The notes beneath the pieces were generated by a model that was not told where the DNA came from, made no database searches, and was given only the letters and a program-made list of their open reading frames with translations. From sequence record NZ_CP145666.1: DNA of 64,000 nucleotides; one strand, given 5' to 3'. Shown here in pieces: positions 20,101 to 29,077 of the stretch. How positions within the stretch are numbered: position 1 is the stretch's first letter; each line of letters opens with the position of its first letter. Made by a program: the position numbers and the translations under genes. The DNA is from a plasmid.

Positions 20101-20645
20101 ACAATGGAACGGTTATGGGCGGAAATACTGCTCTTGCCCGTGGTATTGCAGCCCGTATTGATAATGCCGGTTTAGACCGTTCAGCCAATGATGGCTCCAT
20201 TATTCAACAGGCTACTACTGCACTGAATACCGATCGCCAAACCCACGAATACAACACCGGTGGCATGGCCAACAACCTTGGAGGGATGCATCAGGCATCA
20301 AATGGAGGTTCTGCTGTGGGTGATGGCGTCCCTTACGCGATGGGAACCCACAACCAGGGATACGGCGAGGCTGAGACAATGACCGTTAATGCCCAAGGTG
20401 CTGAAGGTCATAATGGTTTAAACCAGAACTCAAACTATGGTGGGTCTGAGACAACAAACATTAATACCCAAGGCGCTGGTGGTCATAGTGATTCAAATAA
20501 CGGAGGTACAATGTTCAGTGATCCGCCACCTGCACGTGCAACCCAGTCGCATCAGGAGTATGTACCTGTGCATCCACGTAATAAAGAGAACAATGGAGGT
20601 CATAGTGGTGGAAATGACGACATGATAATTTCATCGAGTAAGTGA
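17127..20645 (+). CDS. traG: F-type mating pair stabilization/entry exclusion protein TraG (1172 aa)
   Basis: N-terminal polytopic membrane domain with VDNVPAGLA motif as in F TraG; long Ser/Gly/Ala-rich periplasmic C-terminus. Confidence 0.8.
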   Translation: MSEWNVYTVGNIEFIYNIFNSVAMLLNDGTYGSLFRISALIGVICVVLAAAISAGKSLSLSHMCVAVVMYYLFFSVSMRTNIEDVTTGKFRAVDNVPAGLAVAASVLSTVGYATTEKMEQAFSVPSMTEYGSLDPLFTLATLYDTLKTPMRWTGQTGAYGDLDASVSNYVKNCVGNDIIRGSKTFASMYRSNQGVSGLASNDSFQRVVIYDNVRSGWSTSTEESSNGGSLYTCSDAYTKLKGLATQNASSLDSAFASSYTASGRTCGGAPCSGSGKAQEVLNFFNISGTDIRDFQLMLVMYPHFRELPMYGLESSFRGTAAVTRAQTMTQQAFQWSSSGSSFLSWMGSFMPIFQGIIYALAPFMAFLFGLGIMGLRLVMKYFLVIIWTWTWLPLAAVVNMYVLNSIRDTSSQILVSSGSGGLSFAQLYQLLFETQKSIGLAGNLYAMIPALGGFIVWGSSVAFNSLASSAAAPSAADTKTLAPDVTNAPAINSRGSDVEFNPTQGTIMGGSSGTLPAIDMKKVATHNLSSAKQELDSASSSLTAQSGAMISQVASNMNSGGHSQVYSDASNAAFASLSSSDRALVSSVAKEQGISDMQALVSIAKGDVSVGGGAGSSSAGVGVKGGMSRSEAESSGLSNDNSAKYGSTDSASSHKIDSATQSRIVNTAASAMYQSLSQEGESSQSTRSFAEANQRMQSAQKNFQEANSFVSSTSMGQTMNAAQLATAIGRNHDAQATLTQTLAAHPELSSKIAGDAASLTSLGMTHEDAHTFAQFKAASELGVAGAVAAKAGFINADSSPVLTTTASEQYRGVSGGAESAGGRAVAGAADVGNSVNAVTGRSYGALGEAHASSSDGYGQGQVNTVGGQNSGAVEQIHKGNEGEVMTKAGNTAANDFENNHYNLGGITGDFNKLVSHVSNAFKESPVYEQVHDQARTIAGEIPLGGDANREAARDSIVNYYAMTKAGASEQQLSQARSDMMARIQLATGGENDNGTVMGGNTALARGIAARIDNAGLDRSANDGSIIQQATTALNTDRQTHEYNTGGMANNLGGMHQASNGGSAVGDGVPYAMGTHNQGYGEAETMTVNAQGAEGHNGLNQNSNYGGSETTNINTQGAGGHSDSNNGGTMFSDPPPARATQSHQEYVPVHPRNKENNGGHSGGNDDMIISSSK

Positions 20646-20678
20646 TTCGCAATAAAGCCCTGCAATCTTGCAGGGCTC

Positions 20679-20870
20679 TTATGTGGTCACGAACATGTAT
20701 ACGACAGGAAGGCTCAGTAAAGAATAGAGCAGAATATAAAACTCCCACATACGCTCACATTTGCTCTTGAACGTTCTGCCATTTTTTCCACGTCCCCTCT
20801 TACCATTTCCACCACCATAATCTGAATCGCTTGGCCCCGATAATGGGATAAGGCCAGTAATACCAAACAT
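20679..20870 (-). CDS. small tail-anchored membrane protein (about 63 aa), tentative
   Basis: GGAGGT SD precedes MDMFGITG; C-terminal hydrophobic helix. The gene lies between the convergent traG and the traN promoter. Confidence 0.25.
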   Translation of the reverse strand: MFGITGLIPLSGPSDSDYGGGNGKRGRGKNGRTFKSKCERMWEFYILLYSLLSLPVVYMFVTT

Positions 20871-21039
20871 GTCCATAAGTACCTCCAGTCGGTAATATTC
20901 AAGACGCTGAAAACACCCTCGTTTTGCCGTCCTTCTTTATTGTCTGAAACCAGTCTGTTTAATACGCTGCCTGCTTAATCCTTCATTTTAGTAGCTTCGC
21001 ATAGAAATGCTGGCTGACGAAATTTAGTTACCGAGATCT

Positions 21040-21055
21040 CTGATTTCATAATCAG
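21040..21055 (+). promoter_or_regulatory. palindromic box CTGATTTCATAATCAG about 30 nt upstream of traN
   Basis: Paralog of the box at 14109-14123. Confidence 0.4.
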
Positions 21056-21080
21056 TAACCACGACAAAGGTGATCATAGA

Positions 21081-23738
21081 ATGAAAAACCTTTTCCGCAA
21101 AAAATGGTTTTACAGACCACTCTGCACAATAACGATGTTATGTCACCTTGGTGTTGTATCCTACGTGCCGTATGCCTTTTCAGCAACGACCCAGGAAAAC
21201 GTTACATCTGCCACTAATTTCTATAAAACACTGCCGCAAGTTTCAGCTACGTCAAATGGTACGGTTCAGTATGGAAAAGGCCAGGCCGTTGATTTGAACT
21301 CTGCTTATCCAAATCAAGGTTCATCAACTTCACTGGATAGCCTGAAAGGAACCTACGGAGATGACAGCAACACGCTAAAACTGGGCAATACAACCAACGC
21401 CAATCTGAAAACCGAAAATTCACTGCGCGGCGAAGCTTACCGAACGCTGGTGGGCTCAACGAAAACTACAGCAAACATTAAACCTGATGATTCCATCTTT
21501 GATGGCCATAAAGACTTCCTGGAGAATCAGGATAAGTACATGCAAGATCTTGGTGATTGTTCTATGACCAAGACCATGACGAATAAGGACACCGTCAACC
21601 ATATCCCTGATTATCGCGAATGTACCCGTACCACAAGTGTCAGCGGCACATTCACCCTCTACCATCCTTACGTTGCCGGTATGCTCTCGCATTATAGTGG
21701 CGCGGCGAACATCGGTTCTTGCGGCACTAACTGCATCGAACTCTGGCTCGGGACTGTCGGTGATAACTACTGGGACGGCAACTGCACAATATTTGAACAG
21801 GCAATGGCCGTCACTGTCTACAATCCCCAGGCAGTTACCAGCGCCAAGATCATCAGGGCTAAATGGGATGATTACATGCAGATTTATGTCGGTGGTACAG
21901 ATAGGGGTAGTTTGGTTTGGGCAGGGCCAAAAGGTTTAAACGTCTTCCCGCCAGAGACATCAGGAGCCTGTGAATTAAAAACAAGCTGGGATCAGTCGAT
22001 TAATGTAGATGTAACAGCACAAATCCGAAATACCCCCCAAAATGGCGTTCTTAATTTCAAAAACCGTGTGTCAGTGACTGGCAGCGGCGAAGGTTATGCT
22101 CTCATTTATATTTACTTTGACCCAAACAAAATTATCTCGGATAACGCCTGGACTGTTGATAAACCTGAACAATTCGATACGTTGCTGAAGGCCATCAACG
22201 CCGGGTATTGCCAGAATTACACGGTAACCTGCCGCGAGACAGTCATTCCTGATGCAAATGGGTGCGCAACCATAAATGGCGCACGTATCTGCGAAAACCA
22301 GCTTGCTAAGCCGCCGATCGGAGGTCTCTCACCTTTCTGTAAGTCTGCAACGGTAGTTTCCAACTGCGGAACCGACGGTGGCGTTAACAATACTTGCAAG
22401 CAGTACGATGCAAACACTGCATGTAAATTCATTAAGTCCACTTGCATAACAGGTGCGGAGGGTGACAAAAATGGGTGCTGGCAGGCAACCGAGGTATGGG
22501 ATTGCGGAACGGATGTCGTTGTACCCAATACCTCCTCCACCGATACCTATACTTGTCCTGGCGCTGTGCAATGCCTTAATGGGTCTTGCCTACAGCCTTC
22601 TGCTGAACCAAGCGGCGATTTCAACAAAGCAGTTGCAACTCTTCAGGCCGCAACTTACGCATTGAATGAAATGAAGTGTGGCGATGATACTGACGAAACC
22701 AACCGTTCCTGCACTCTTTTTAAAGGTGAGTCTGCACAATGTAAATCGGCGATGGGGGGATGGGTGGATTGTTGTGATCAGCCCGTAGATGTCAGCTGGA
22801 TTCAGTATTTGCAGTTGTCCTACTACACTCTAAAAATTGCTGATGCTGTCTCTGTAAAAGCCGGTATGTTCGAACAGGGAAAAGGTATTTTTGACATGGG
22901 TTCCGAACTTATGACTAATGCCATCGATACAATAACTCGACCAGCTATTTCCGCTTTCAACAGTCTGGTTGGGTCGGCAGGTACTGAAGCGGCTCAGCAA
23001 GCTACAGAAGCAGGTTTGTCCGGTTTGATGAATCAGGCTATAGGAGCGCTGACGAAACAAGTTGCTCAATGGACTCTTGATACCTTCGGCCCTGCTGCGA
23101 CGAATCTGATATTTGAAAGTGCGGCCTCTGGCGGTGGCGCAGCCGTAACATCGTCTGGCCTGGCTACATCTGTTCAATTGTCGTCAACTATTGTTTCGGC
23201 AATATCCGTGGTTGGATATGCTTACATGGCGTACCAGATTGCTAATATACTGGTCAACATCATCTGGGCTTGTACTCCTGATGAATTTAAGCTTGCCGTT
23301 AAGAAAGAAACAAAATTGGCCGTGCATATATCCAGCTGGTGTGAAACAAAGTTTCTGGGTGTCTGTATCGAGAAACGGTCAAGTTATTGCACGTTTGATT
23401 CTCAGATTGGTCGCATCATTCAGGAACAAGGGAGACCAATGTTAGGTATCGGCTGGGGGGATAAAAAGAACCCGGATTGTCGACCACTGACGTTAGAAGA
23501 ATTTGGACGGATTGATTTTAACAAACTCGATTTGTCAGAGTGGATTGGTTCACTTTACGAGGCGAAACTTTTACCTAAAGCGTCGGAAATAAATCTGGAT
23601 AAGATAACCGGTAAAGGAAACGTATTGAATATAGATGGATCTCGCCAGAACTCCCTGGAGCGATTCCAGAGCGGTGTTGACAGTATCGATGTTGATGCGG
23701 CGAAATCTAGCACAGAGGCTGTTTTGAAAACTCAATAG
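21081..23738 (+). CDS. traN: F-type mating pair stabilization protein TraN (885 aa), Cys-rich
   Basis: Signal peptide; many Cys; C-terminal YCTFDSQIGRIIQEQGRPMLG...DCRPLTLEEFGRIDFNKLDLSEW matches the conserved TraN C-terminal region. Confidence 0.75.
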   Translation: MKNLFRKKWFYRPLCTITMLCHLGVVSYVPYAFSATTQENVTSATNFYKTLPQVSATSNGTVQYGKGQAVDLNSAYPNQGSSTSLDSLKGTYGDDSNTLKLGNTTNANLKTENSLRGEAYRTLVGSTKTTANIKPDDSIFDGHKDFLENQDKYMQDLGDCSMTKTMTNKDTVNHIPDYRECTRTTSVSGTFTLYHPYVAGMLSHYSGAANIGSCGTNCIELWLGTVGDNYWDGNCTIFEQAMAVTVYNPQAVTSAKIIRAKWDDYMQIYVGGTDRGSLVWAGPKGLNVFPPETSGACELKTSWDQSINVDVTAQIRNTPQNGVLNFKNRVSVTGSGEGYALIYIYFDPNKIISDNAWTVDKPEQFDTLLKAINAGYCQNYTVTCRETVIPDANGCATINGARICENQLAKPPIGGLSPFCKSATVVSNCGTDGGVNNTCKQYDANTACKFIKSTCITGAEGDKNGCWQATEVWDCGTDVVVPNTSSTDTYTCPGAVQCLNGSCLQPSAEPSGDFNKAVATLQAATYALNEMKCGDDTDETNRSCTLFKGESAQCKSAMGGWVDCCDQPVDVSWIQYLQLSYYTLKIADAVSVKAGMFEQGKGIFDMGSELMTNAIDTITRPAISAFNSLVGSAGTEAAQQATEAGLSGLMNQAIGALTKQVAQWTLDTFGPAATNLIFESAASGGGAAVTSSGLATSVQLSSTIVSAISVVGYAYMAYQIANILVNIIWACTPDEFKLAVKKETKLAVHISSWCETKFLGVCIEKRSSYCTFDSQIGRIIQEQGRPMLGIGWGDKKNPDCRPLTLEEFGRIDFNKLDLSEWIGSLYEAKLLPKASEINLDKITGKGNVLNIDGSRQNSLERFQSGVDSIDVDAAKSSTEAVLKTQ

Positions 23739-23752
23739 CTTTGCAGGATAAG

Positions 23753-23784
23753 AAGCCCCGACTTTATGTCGGGGCTTTTTTTTT
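23753..23784. terminator. bidirectional intrinsic terminator between traN and the convergent lipoprotein gene
   Basis: AAGCCCCGACTTTATGTCGGGGCTT flanked by A and T tracts. Confidence 0.7.
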
Positions 23785-24553
23785 ACTTTCTGAACAGGTA
23801 TTGCTTACCGTCACTGAATACCATTGGTTCATGTTCAGGAGAGCCTGGTAAGAACAGAGCCCGCTGAGCACCCAGTTCTTTACTCATTTCTTTAACCAGA
23901 CCTACGTTAGAGGCTCGTGTTGCATAGAGGTTGAAGCAGTCATTACCGATAATGAATGTCACCTGACCGCTGGTGCTGATAGGTGGTTTCGGCAACGTTG
24001 GAGCTATATCAGCATACGATACCCAATCACCGTTCGTCGCTTTCCGACGAACTGCATTTTCAACAGCACCGCCTTTCCCCTCACACATCCCACCAACTTT
24101 GTATCCATCCATCCGGGTTAGTGTTTTCCAGAAAATCGCATTGACCTCACGCTCATTATCTTCCTGAGATTTACCGTTCCATGACGCGACACGCACCACG
24201 CCATCAACAATAGCAGTAGGCTGTTGGGCCGTTAAAACAGACAGCACAGGGATGAAAGATGTGTGTGTCGCGAAGCCCGCAGCCACATCGGCCACTCCAT
24301 TACCTCCCAGGTTGGTTACACCTTTTTCACCAGCCTTAACCGGGGTTTTGAGAGGGACAAGCTGCCCATTGGACGCGAAACCGTTATAGATAAGGTATTG
24401 ATCGCCAGCATCGGTGATCTGACGTAAATCCATCGCTCGGGCAAATTTCAAAGCATCAGATGGATTGCTGTCAACCGGCATAGCTGGTGGTTGAGAAGCC
24501 GCGCAACCAACTAACATCAGCGATACCAAAGCAAGACCAGAGATTTTCTTCAT
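23783..24553 (-). CDS. lipoprotein (256 aa), unknown function; candidate surface/entry exclusion
   Basis: Lipobox LMLVGC-A. The gene is driven by a CTTCGTCAC(GTG) promoter module about 60 nt upstream on the minus strand (24609-24620). Confidence 0.55.
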   Translation of the reverse strand: MKKISGLALVSLMLVGCAASQPPAMPVDSNPSDALKFARAMDLRQITDAGDQYLIYNGFASNGQLVPLKTPVKAGEKGVTNLGGNGVADVAAGFATHTSFIPVLSVLTAQQPTAIVDGVVRVASWNGKSQEDNEREVNAIFWKTLTRMDGYKVGGMCEGKGGAVENAVRRKATNGDWVSYADIAPTLPKPPISTSGQVTFIIGNDCFNLYATRASNVGLVKEMSKELGAQRALFLPGSPEHEPMVFSDGKQYLFRK

Positions 24554-24633
24554 TTTATTTTCCTTGGGACACCAGTAGGTTTGTTATTCAATACTAACCC
24601 GACTCATTCACGTGACGAAGTATCCAGGCAATA

Positions 24634-24662
24634 AAAAAGCCCGTTAAAACGGGCTTTTTTAT
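24634..24662. terminator. bidirectional intrinsic terminator
   Basis: AAAAAAGCCCGTTAAAACGGGCTTTTTT. Confidence 0.7.
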
Positions 24663-24680
24663 GAAATTTAACTTAGTCAC

Positions 24681-25217
24681 TTACGAGCTTTCATTTTCAG
24701 CTTCTGTATCAGAGCAGAACGGACAAATATGTTTTTTCCGTGGACGGTCACAACTCTGCGGTGAAATAAATGAAAGATCGCAACGGTAACACCTTACCAT
24801 ACGTATTTCTTCAGCTCGAAAATCACGAGCAAGAGTCCAGGCCTCGTTGGCATCAATCATCATTTTCGAGGCTTCTTCCGGGCGGAATTTAAGGTTTAGT
24901 TCCCGGTAGATTTCGAACGCACTCACCACATCAACGATGTTGTCACTGTTGTTTGGGTCTTTCGAACGACGCAGATAGATGCTCATAAAATTGGTTGCCT
25001 CAACCTTTTTATGTGTCGTATTGAGCAGCGTCTCTGAATGTTTAAGTCGTCCGATTGATACATCACTCAGATGGAACTCTTTTCGCAAAAAATCAATAAC
25101 ACGGTCACTTGCATTAAGCGAATGCACAATGATCTTTCTACGAAATCCTAATTTTACCATTTTCTGTGTTAAAGCAAATTTATCTTCATCCCGGACAAGA
25201 GCAGCCTTCATAATCAA
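24681..25217 (-). CDS. FlhC-like transcriptional activator subunit (AcaC/SetC analogue, 178 aa)
   Basis: C-terminal zinc-site pattern CYRCDLSF...CPFCS and overall FlhC-like layout; translationally coupled to the upstream gene. Confidence 0.65.
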   Translation of the reverse strand: MIMKAALVRDEDKFALTQKMVKLGFRRKIIVHSLNASDRVIDFLRKEFHLSDVSIGRLKHSETLLNTTHKKVEATNFMSIYLRRSKDPNNSDNIVDVVSAFEIYRELNLKFRPEEASKMMIDANEAWTLARDFRAEEIRMVRCYRCDLSFISPQSCDRPRKKHICPFCSDTEAENESS

Positions 25218-25744
25218 TTACTCCAATGAGAATAGCGCGACTGTAAGTAACCTGTTAATTCTAAGGTTGGGTTGGGGGCTCCAATAACTGTACTGAAGTC
25301 ACAATCTACTAAATCGGCAAATGGACGAATAGGTTTAAAATATATTTTGCCGGTTATGATTGCATCGATTGTTTGTGCATCATCCATACGTTCGACAAGC
25401 TGTACGGTTTTTTCATTATCAAACCAGTAGAACGTTTGGGCAACAGTCCCCGTATTAATGAAAACACGAACACTGAATACCAGCAGGGCAAGCCGTAGGA
25501 TGTATGAGTCATGACGAACGAATTTTTCTACCTCAGTAGATATCTTGCGCTCGGGATCATGACAGATATTAAAGATGGGCAAGTCATACTTCTCCATCGA
25601 TAAAGCGAGCTTGGCCTGATTAGATTTCTCTATCAAAAATTCCCGGTCTCCTTCTGCTAACTCAAAAGGGCTTTTATACAACGATTGCGCACGGGTAATA
25701 ATTGAGATGGCAGTCTGTAGAAAATACAAATTTTGATTAATCAT
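25214..25744 (-). CDS. putative partner activator subunit (FlhD/AcaD/SetD position, 176 aa)
   Basis: Immediately upstream of, and overlapping, the FlhC-like gene. The start MINQ overlaps the SLT stop in AATGATTAA; the track start at 25834 would overlap SLT by 97 nt. Identity by position only. Confidence 0.4.
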   Translation of the reverse strand: MINQNLYFLQTAISIITRAQSLYKSPFELAEGDREFLIEKSNQAKLALSMEKYDLPIFNICHDPERKISTEVEKFVRHDSYILRLALLVFSVRVFINTGTVAQTFYWFDNEKTVQLVERMDDAQTIDAIITGKIYFKPIRPFADLVDCDFSTVIGAPNPTLELTGYLQSRYSHWSN

Positions 25745-26297
25745 TTTCGATAAGCCTCTTCCATACGCGTAATACGCGCTGACCATATTCACGAGCCTTG
25801 CCTTCCAACTTAGGGTTTTGAGTGTTGTATCCACCTATCGCCAGTTCTATATCGCCAGGGTTAGCTTTGATGGCTGCACACAAAGTCTTTGCCCCGATTC
25901 GGATGTTTGTATCGACATCCAGGAGTTCTTCAGGATGGTTAACATACTGTCCGTTCCAACGAAAATTAATTTGAACGATTCCAATATCTGTTACCGGAGT
26001 GGCTGAGAGATAGCGGGCTAGCGCTCTCTTTGCATCTTCATAACTTGTCGGGTAATACGACCCATAAACATAGTTGTTCAATGCCCAGGGGCTGGGAACA
26101 ACATACCCCTTGGTTCCTGCATTATTTTTACTCTCGGTGAGTGCCACCGCGTAGAGAAGGTACGGATCGAGGCCACACTCTTTCTGGGAATGCTTTTCCC
26201 AAGAAGTGCCACGAAGATCTACAAGCCTGGCGTTCGTACTCGTGCAGTAAGCAGCACATAGTAAAGCGAGCACCAAACTCTTCGTTGCTATCTGCAT
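25737..26297 (-). CDS. lytic transglycosylase, SLT domain (186 aa), signal peptide
   Basis: ALTESKNN...GIVQIN catalytic Glu-Ser motif. GGGGAGGGG sits directly before ATG 26297; the track start 26312 would put that purine stretch inside the coding sequence. Confidence 0.7.
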   Translation of the reverse strand: MQIATKSLVLALLCAAYCTSTNARLVDLRGTSWEKHSQKECGLDPYLLYAVALTESKNNAGTKGYVVPSPWALNNYVYGSYYPTSYEDAKRALARYLSATPVTDIGIVQINFRWNGQYVNHPEELLDVDTNIRIGAKTLCAAIKANPGDIELAIGGYNTQNPKLEGKAREYGQRVLRVWKRLIEND

Positions 26298-26326
26298 TTC
26301 CCCTCCCCACAAACCCTACAACGGCA

Positions 26327-26857
26327 TCAACTTATGCGAACACGCCTTGGTGTAACCTTTTCATTAACGCCGCTATCTTGATTGTCGCCTGTCTCCCCAA
26401 CGCCCGATTTATCTCCAGGATTGGGATCCGGTATTTTTCCAGCAATCTCAGGCTTACTGGTAAGGTTCGCCGTCGATAACTGGTCATCTTTAACTTCGAA
26501 CTCTTGAATATCACTGCCCACACAAAATGGCGGGCCTGTATTGACTATATCGTTGCTAACCACGTGACGAAATTTTGGTTCAGTGTCCTCATTTACTTTG
26601 GGTAAGTGGCCGTCTCTCTGACTAGTCATCAGACCAGTCTCATTTTCTGTATTCGGCCCACGGACTGATTTCTTCTGTTCTGATTTACGTTTTTTTGAAG
26701 TCTCACGGACGATACCGGGTATAAAACTGTCACCTGCTAGCAATGCTCGGTTTGCCAGCGCCAATAGTGAACTGCTGCGCTGGCCAGACTGTTTTGATTC
26801 CAGATAATTAATCAGCTCTGGAAACAGTATTGGATTAATCGTCACTCGAACTTGCAT
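26327..26857 (-). CDS. ParR-like ribbon-helix-helix adaptor with long disordered tail (176 aa), tentative
   Basis: Immediately downstream of the ParM-like gene. N-terminal MQVRVTINPILFPELINYLE has a beta-strand/helix RHH pattern; AGGGGG SD before ATG 26857. Confidence 0.4.
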   Translation of the reverse strand: MQVRVTINPILFPELINYLESKQSGQRSSSLLALANRALLAGDSFIPGIVRETSKKRKSEQKKSVRGPNTENETGLMTSQRDGHLPKVNEDTEPKFRHVVSNDIVNTGPPFCVGSDIQEFEVKDDQLSTANLTSKPEIAGKIPDPNPGDKSGVGETGDNQDSGVNEKVTPRRVRIS

Positions 26858-26871
26858 GAAACCCCCTTTGC

Positions 26872-27894
26872 TCAATCATCGCCGTAAAGCATCAAGTCAA
26901 CGCCATAGTTCCAGAAACCAATGGCATTACTGGCAACAGGCAACGGGCTCGATACGATCCTGGCTCGGGGGAATTCTTCTCGTATGGTCTGTTCGTAGAA
27001 CCTTGTCCCACCACCGGCAGCTGCAATGATATGGACTGGCCCGAGAACCCTTGTCGATTTTCGCAACTCTTTGACTACATCACTGGCGATGGAGGGAATA
27101 GCTTCTTCAAGCAGAGGACGTAGGGAAATGTGGCGGAACCCATTAAAGAAAGACTGCTCATTGTTACGGAGAGCGATTTCAATAATTTCTGGTAGATCAT
27201 CAATTCGCTCTTCCGGGTTATCGGCATTAAGGCGGTTCACAATGCTTTCGATAATTGCACTGGTTGCTTTTAATGATGAACCTGAAGAGCCTGATACCCT
27301 GCTTCCGCTCTTAAAGGCGATGTAGTCCATCGAGAAGAAGCCAGGGTCAACCACGAGAATGGTCGACTTCTCTAATTCTTCCTGACTGATAAGGCCCGGT
27401 CTGTTAACGATGTCATTGATGACACCAACGCCCTGCTGAAGAACGAGGCATTTTTTAACAGTCACTGTTTTTCCTGGCGCAATAGTAAACGTACCGGTGA
27501 GCCTCGCAGTCAGTTTCGCGCGTTCACTTTCATTAGCAAGACGGACAGGTAAACCAGTTACTACCAGGTCGATTTCATTGCCTGCTTTAGCAGTGATTTT
27601 ATCCAGTGAGGCCAGATATAGTGCCAGGTACATTTCTGTCATGTGGTAACGGTCATGCAGCTCACGCGCATCGGGGCGTTCGGTAAAAGCCCGCCATTCT
27701 TTACCTCCTGGGTACACCAACACTTCATGTTCGCAGCTACGCTTTACCAGCCGCACATCATCTACTGGCTCATTCGTAGCGTAGGCCGGATAAATACTGA
27801 CTGTGGGTTTGTCATCCGCTGAATCCCCTACAGCAATTTTTACATTGCTGTATCCAATATCAATTCCGCAGACAACCAATTTGTCATTGCTCAT
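26872..27894 (-). CDS. parM: ParM/StbA-family actin-like segregation ATPase (340 aa)
   Basis: N-terminal phosphate-1 motif VCGIDIGYSNVKIAVG; DPGFFSMDY adenosine motif; length. Confidence 0.7.
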   Translation of the reverse strand: MSNDKLVVCGIDIGYSNVKIAVGDSADDKPTVSIYPAYATNEPVDDVRLVKRSCEHEVLVYPGGKEWRAFTERPDARELHDRYHMTEMYLALYLASLDKITAKAGNEIDLVVTGLPVRLANESERAKLTARLTGTFTIAPGKTVTVKKCLVLQQGVGVINDIVNRPGLISQEELEKSTILVVDPGFFSMDYIAFKSGSRVSGSSGSSLKATSAIIESIVNRLNADNPEERIDDLPEIIEIALRNNEQSFFNGFRHISLRPLLEEAIPSIASDVVKELRKSTRVLGPVHIIAAAGGGTRFYEQTIREEFPRARIVSSPLPVASNAIGFWNYGVDLMLYGDD

Positions 27895-28539
27895 TCGTTA
27901 ACCCTGCAAGTTAAAAATGAATTACTGCCACTCCGATAACATTTGAGCGCCAAAAAGGGGTTCGCACTAACGTAAAGAAAGGTGGCCTCCCTCTGTCAAC
28001 GTCGGGAATTAACCGTTAACAAGTTGTAACATGGTATTCAAACGATCATCGATTACCATTTTTTTTATCGGCAAAACGTCCCCATTTTTGACATTAATAA
28101 TGGCTAGATACGGACGTTTAAAATGTCAGATATGTACATAAATGCTGCATGAAACTGGACGTCATATATGGCTAAATCCGGCCCTAAAAACCTTAACCCC
28201 TAACCTAAATCAGACTGAGGAAATTAGGTGGTAATGTATGAGGGCAACACATTTAGATTGGCTTTCCGCCTGGGGATTTCGCGGAGTATATATACTAAAA
28301 ACACATGCTTCGGTGAGGTGAATTAAGGTATGTTGTGGCGATTACTCAAGGGTACACTTCGTGAAAATTTTACTTAAGCACAAGTTATAATTTCACTTAA
28401 ATATGCATATCTCCCCTTCACTTCCCCCCCAAAAAAACTCTCTCAAACTAGTATATATACCTACAAAATGTGACATAAATCACTATGAAGTTACTGTGAT
28501 TTAGGATTGATCCTGAAGACGGAGGGAGGTGATGGAAGT

Positions 28540-29035
28540 TTCAGCTGCGTTTGCCATTGTATTCTCCAGAAAGGTAACAAAAAGTGGAAAAGCCAGAAAC
28601 ATAAGTTTCTGCCATATCATATAGCGACTCTACATAATCGTTTACTAAGAGGTTTGTGCAGCGGTGGGCGTCATCCCGTTAATCGCCTCTACATTAGGGG
28701 AAGTAAGTTTCCATTATATTCCCCAGAAACCTATTAAAAATCAGAAATGCCCAGAAACGTAGTTTTCTGCCATATCATATAGAGATTGGCAAACTGCTTG
28801 ATTAAAATAAAATGGCTTGATAAAAGTACCCGTACAGATAGATATTAATAGCTCAATCACCAGATTGCCATTGTATTCTCCAGAAACATGCAAAAAATGA
28901 GAACACCCAGAAAGATACTTAACTGGAGAATCAATCTTTCCTGTTTTGGAACTGAAAACTAAAAATCGAACCTGAAAAGGAGTTTTCTCTTTCTCCAGAA
29001 ACATAGAGTTCTGGCGTAATAATAGAGATTCTCTT
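28540..29035. repeat. iteron-like repeat cluster (CCAGAAAC cores; two 35-bp copies CAGAAACNTAGTTTCTGCCATATCATATAG; two copies GCCATTGTATTCTCCAGAAA)
   Basis: Repeats read directly at 28552, 28598, 28720, 28752, 28868, 28893 and 28995. AT-rich region 28100-28500 adjacent. Confidence 0.5.
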
Positions 29036-29077
29036 TTTTGGGGTTAAGTCCTAATCAAAAAACATCGAGGTGGTTTT

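Noticed and set aside
28507-29004. ORFs 28507-28737 (+) and 28741-29004 (-) in the repeat region
   Set aside because: They run through the iteron-like repeats and AT-rich DNA, and their sequences are dominated by the repeat translations. No SD.
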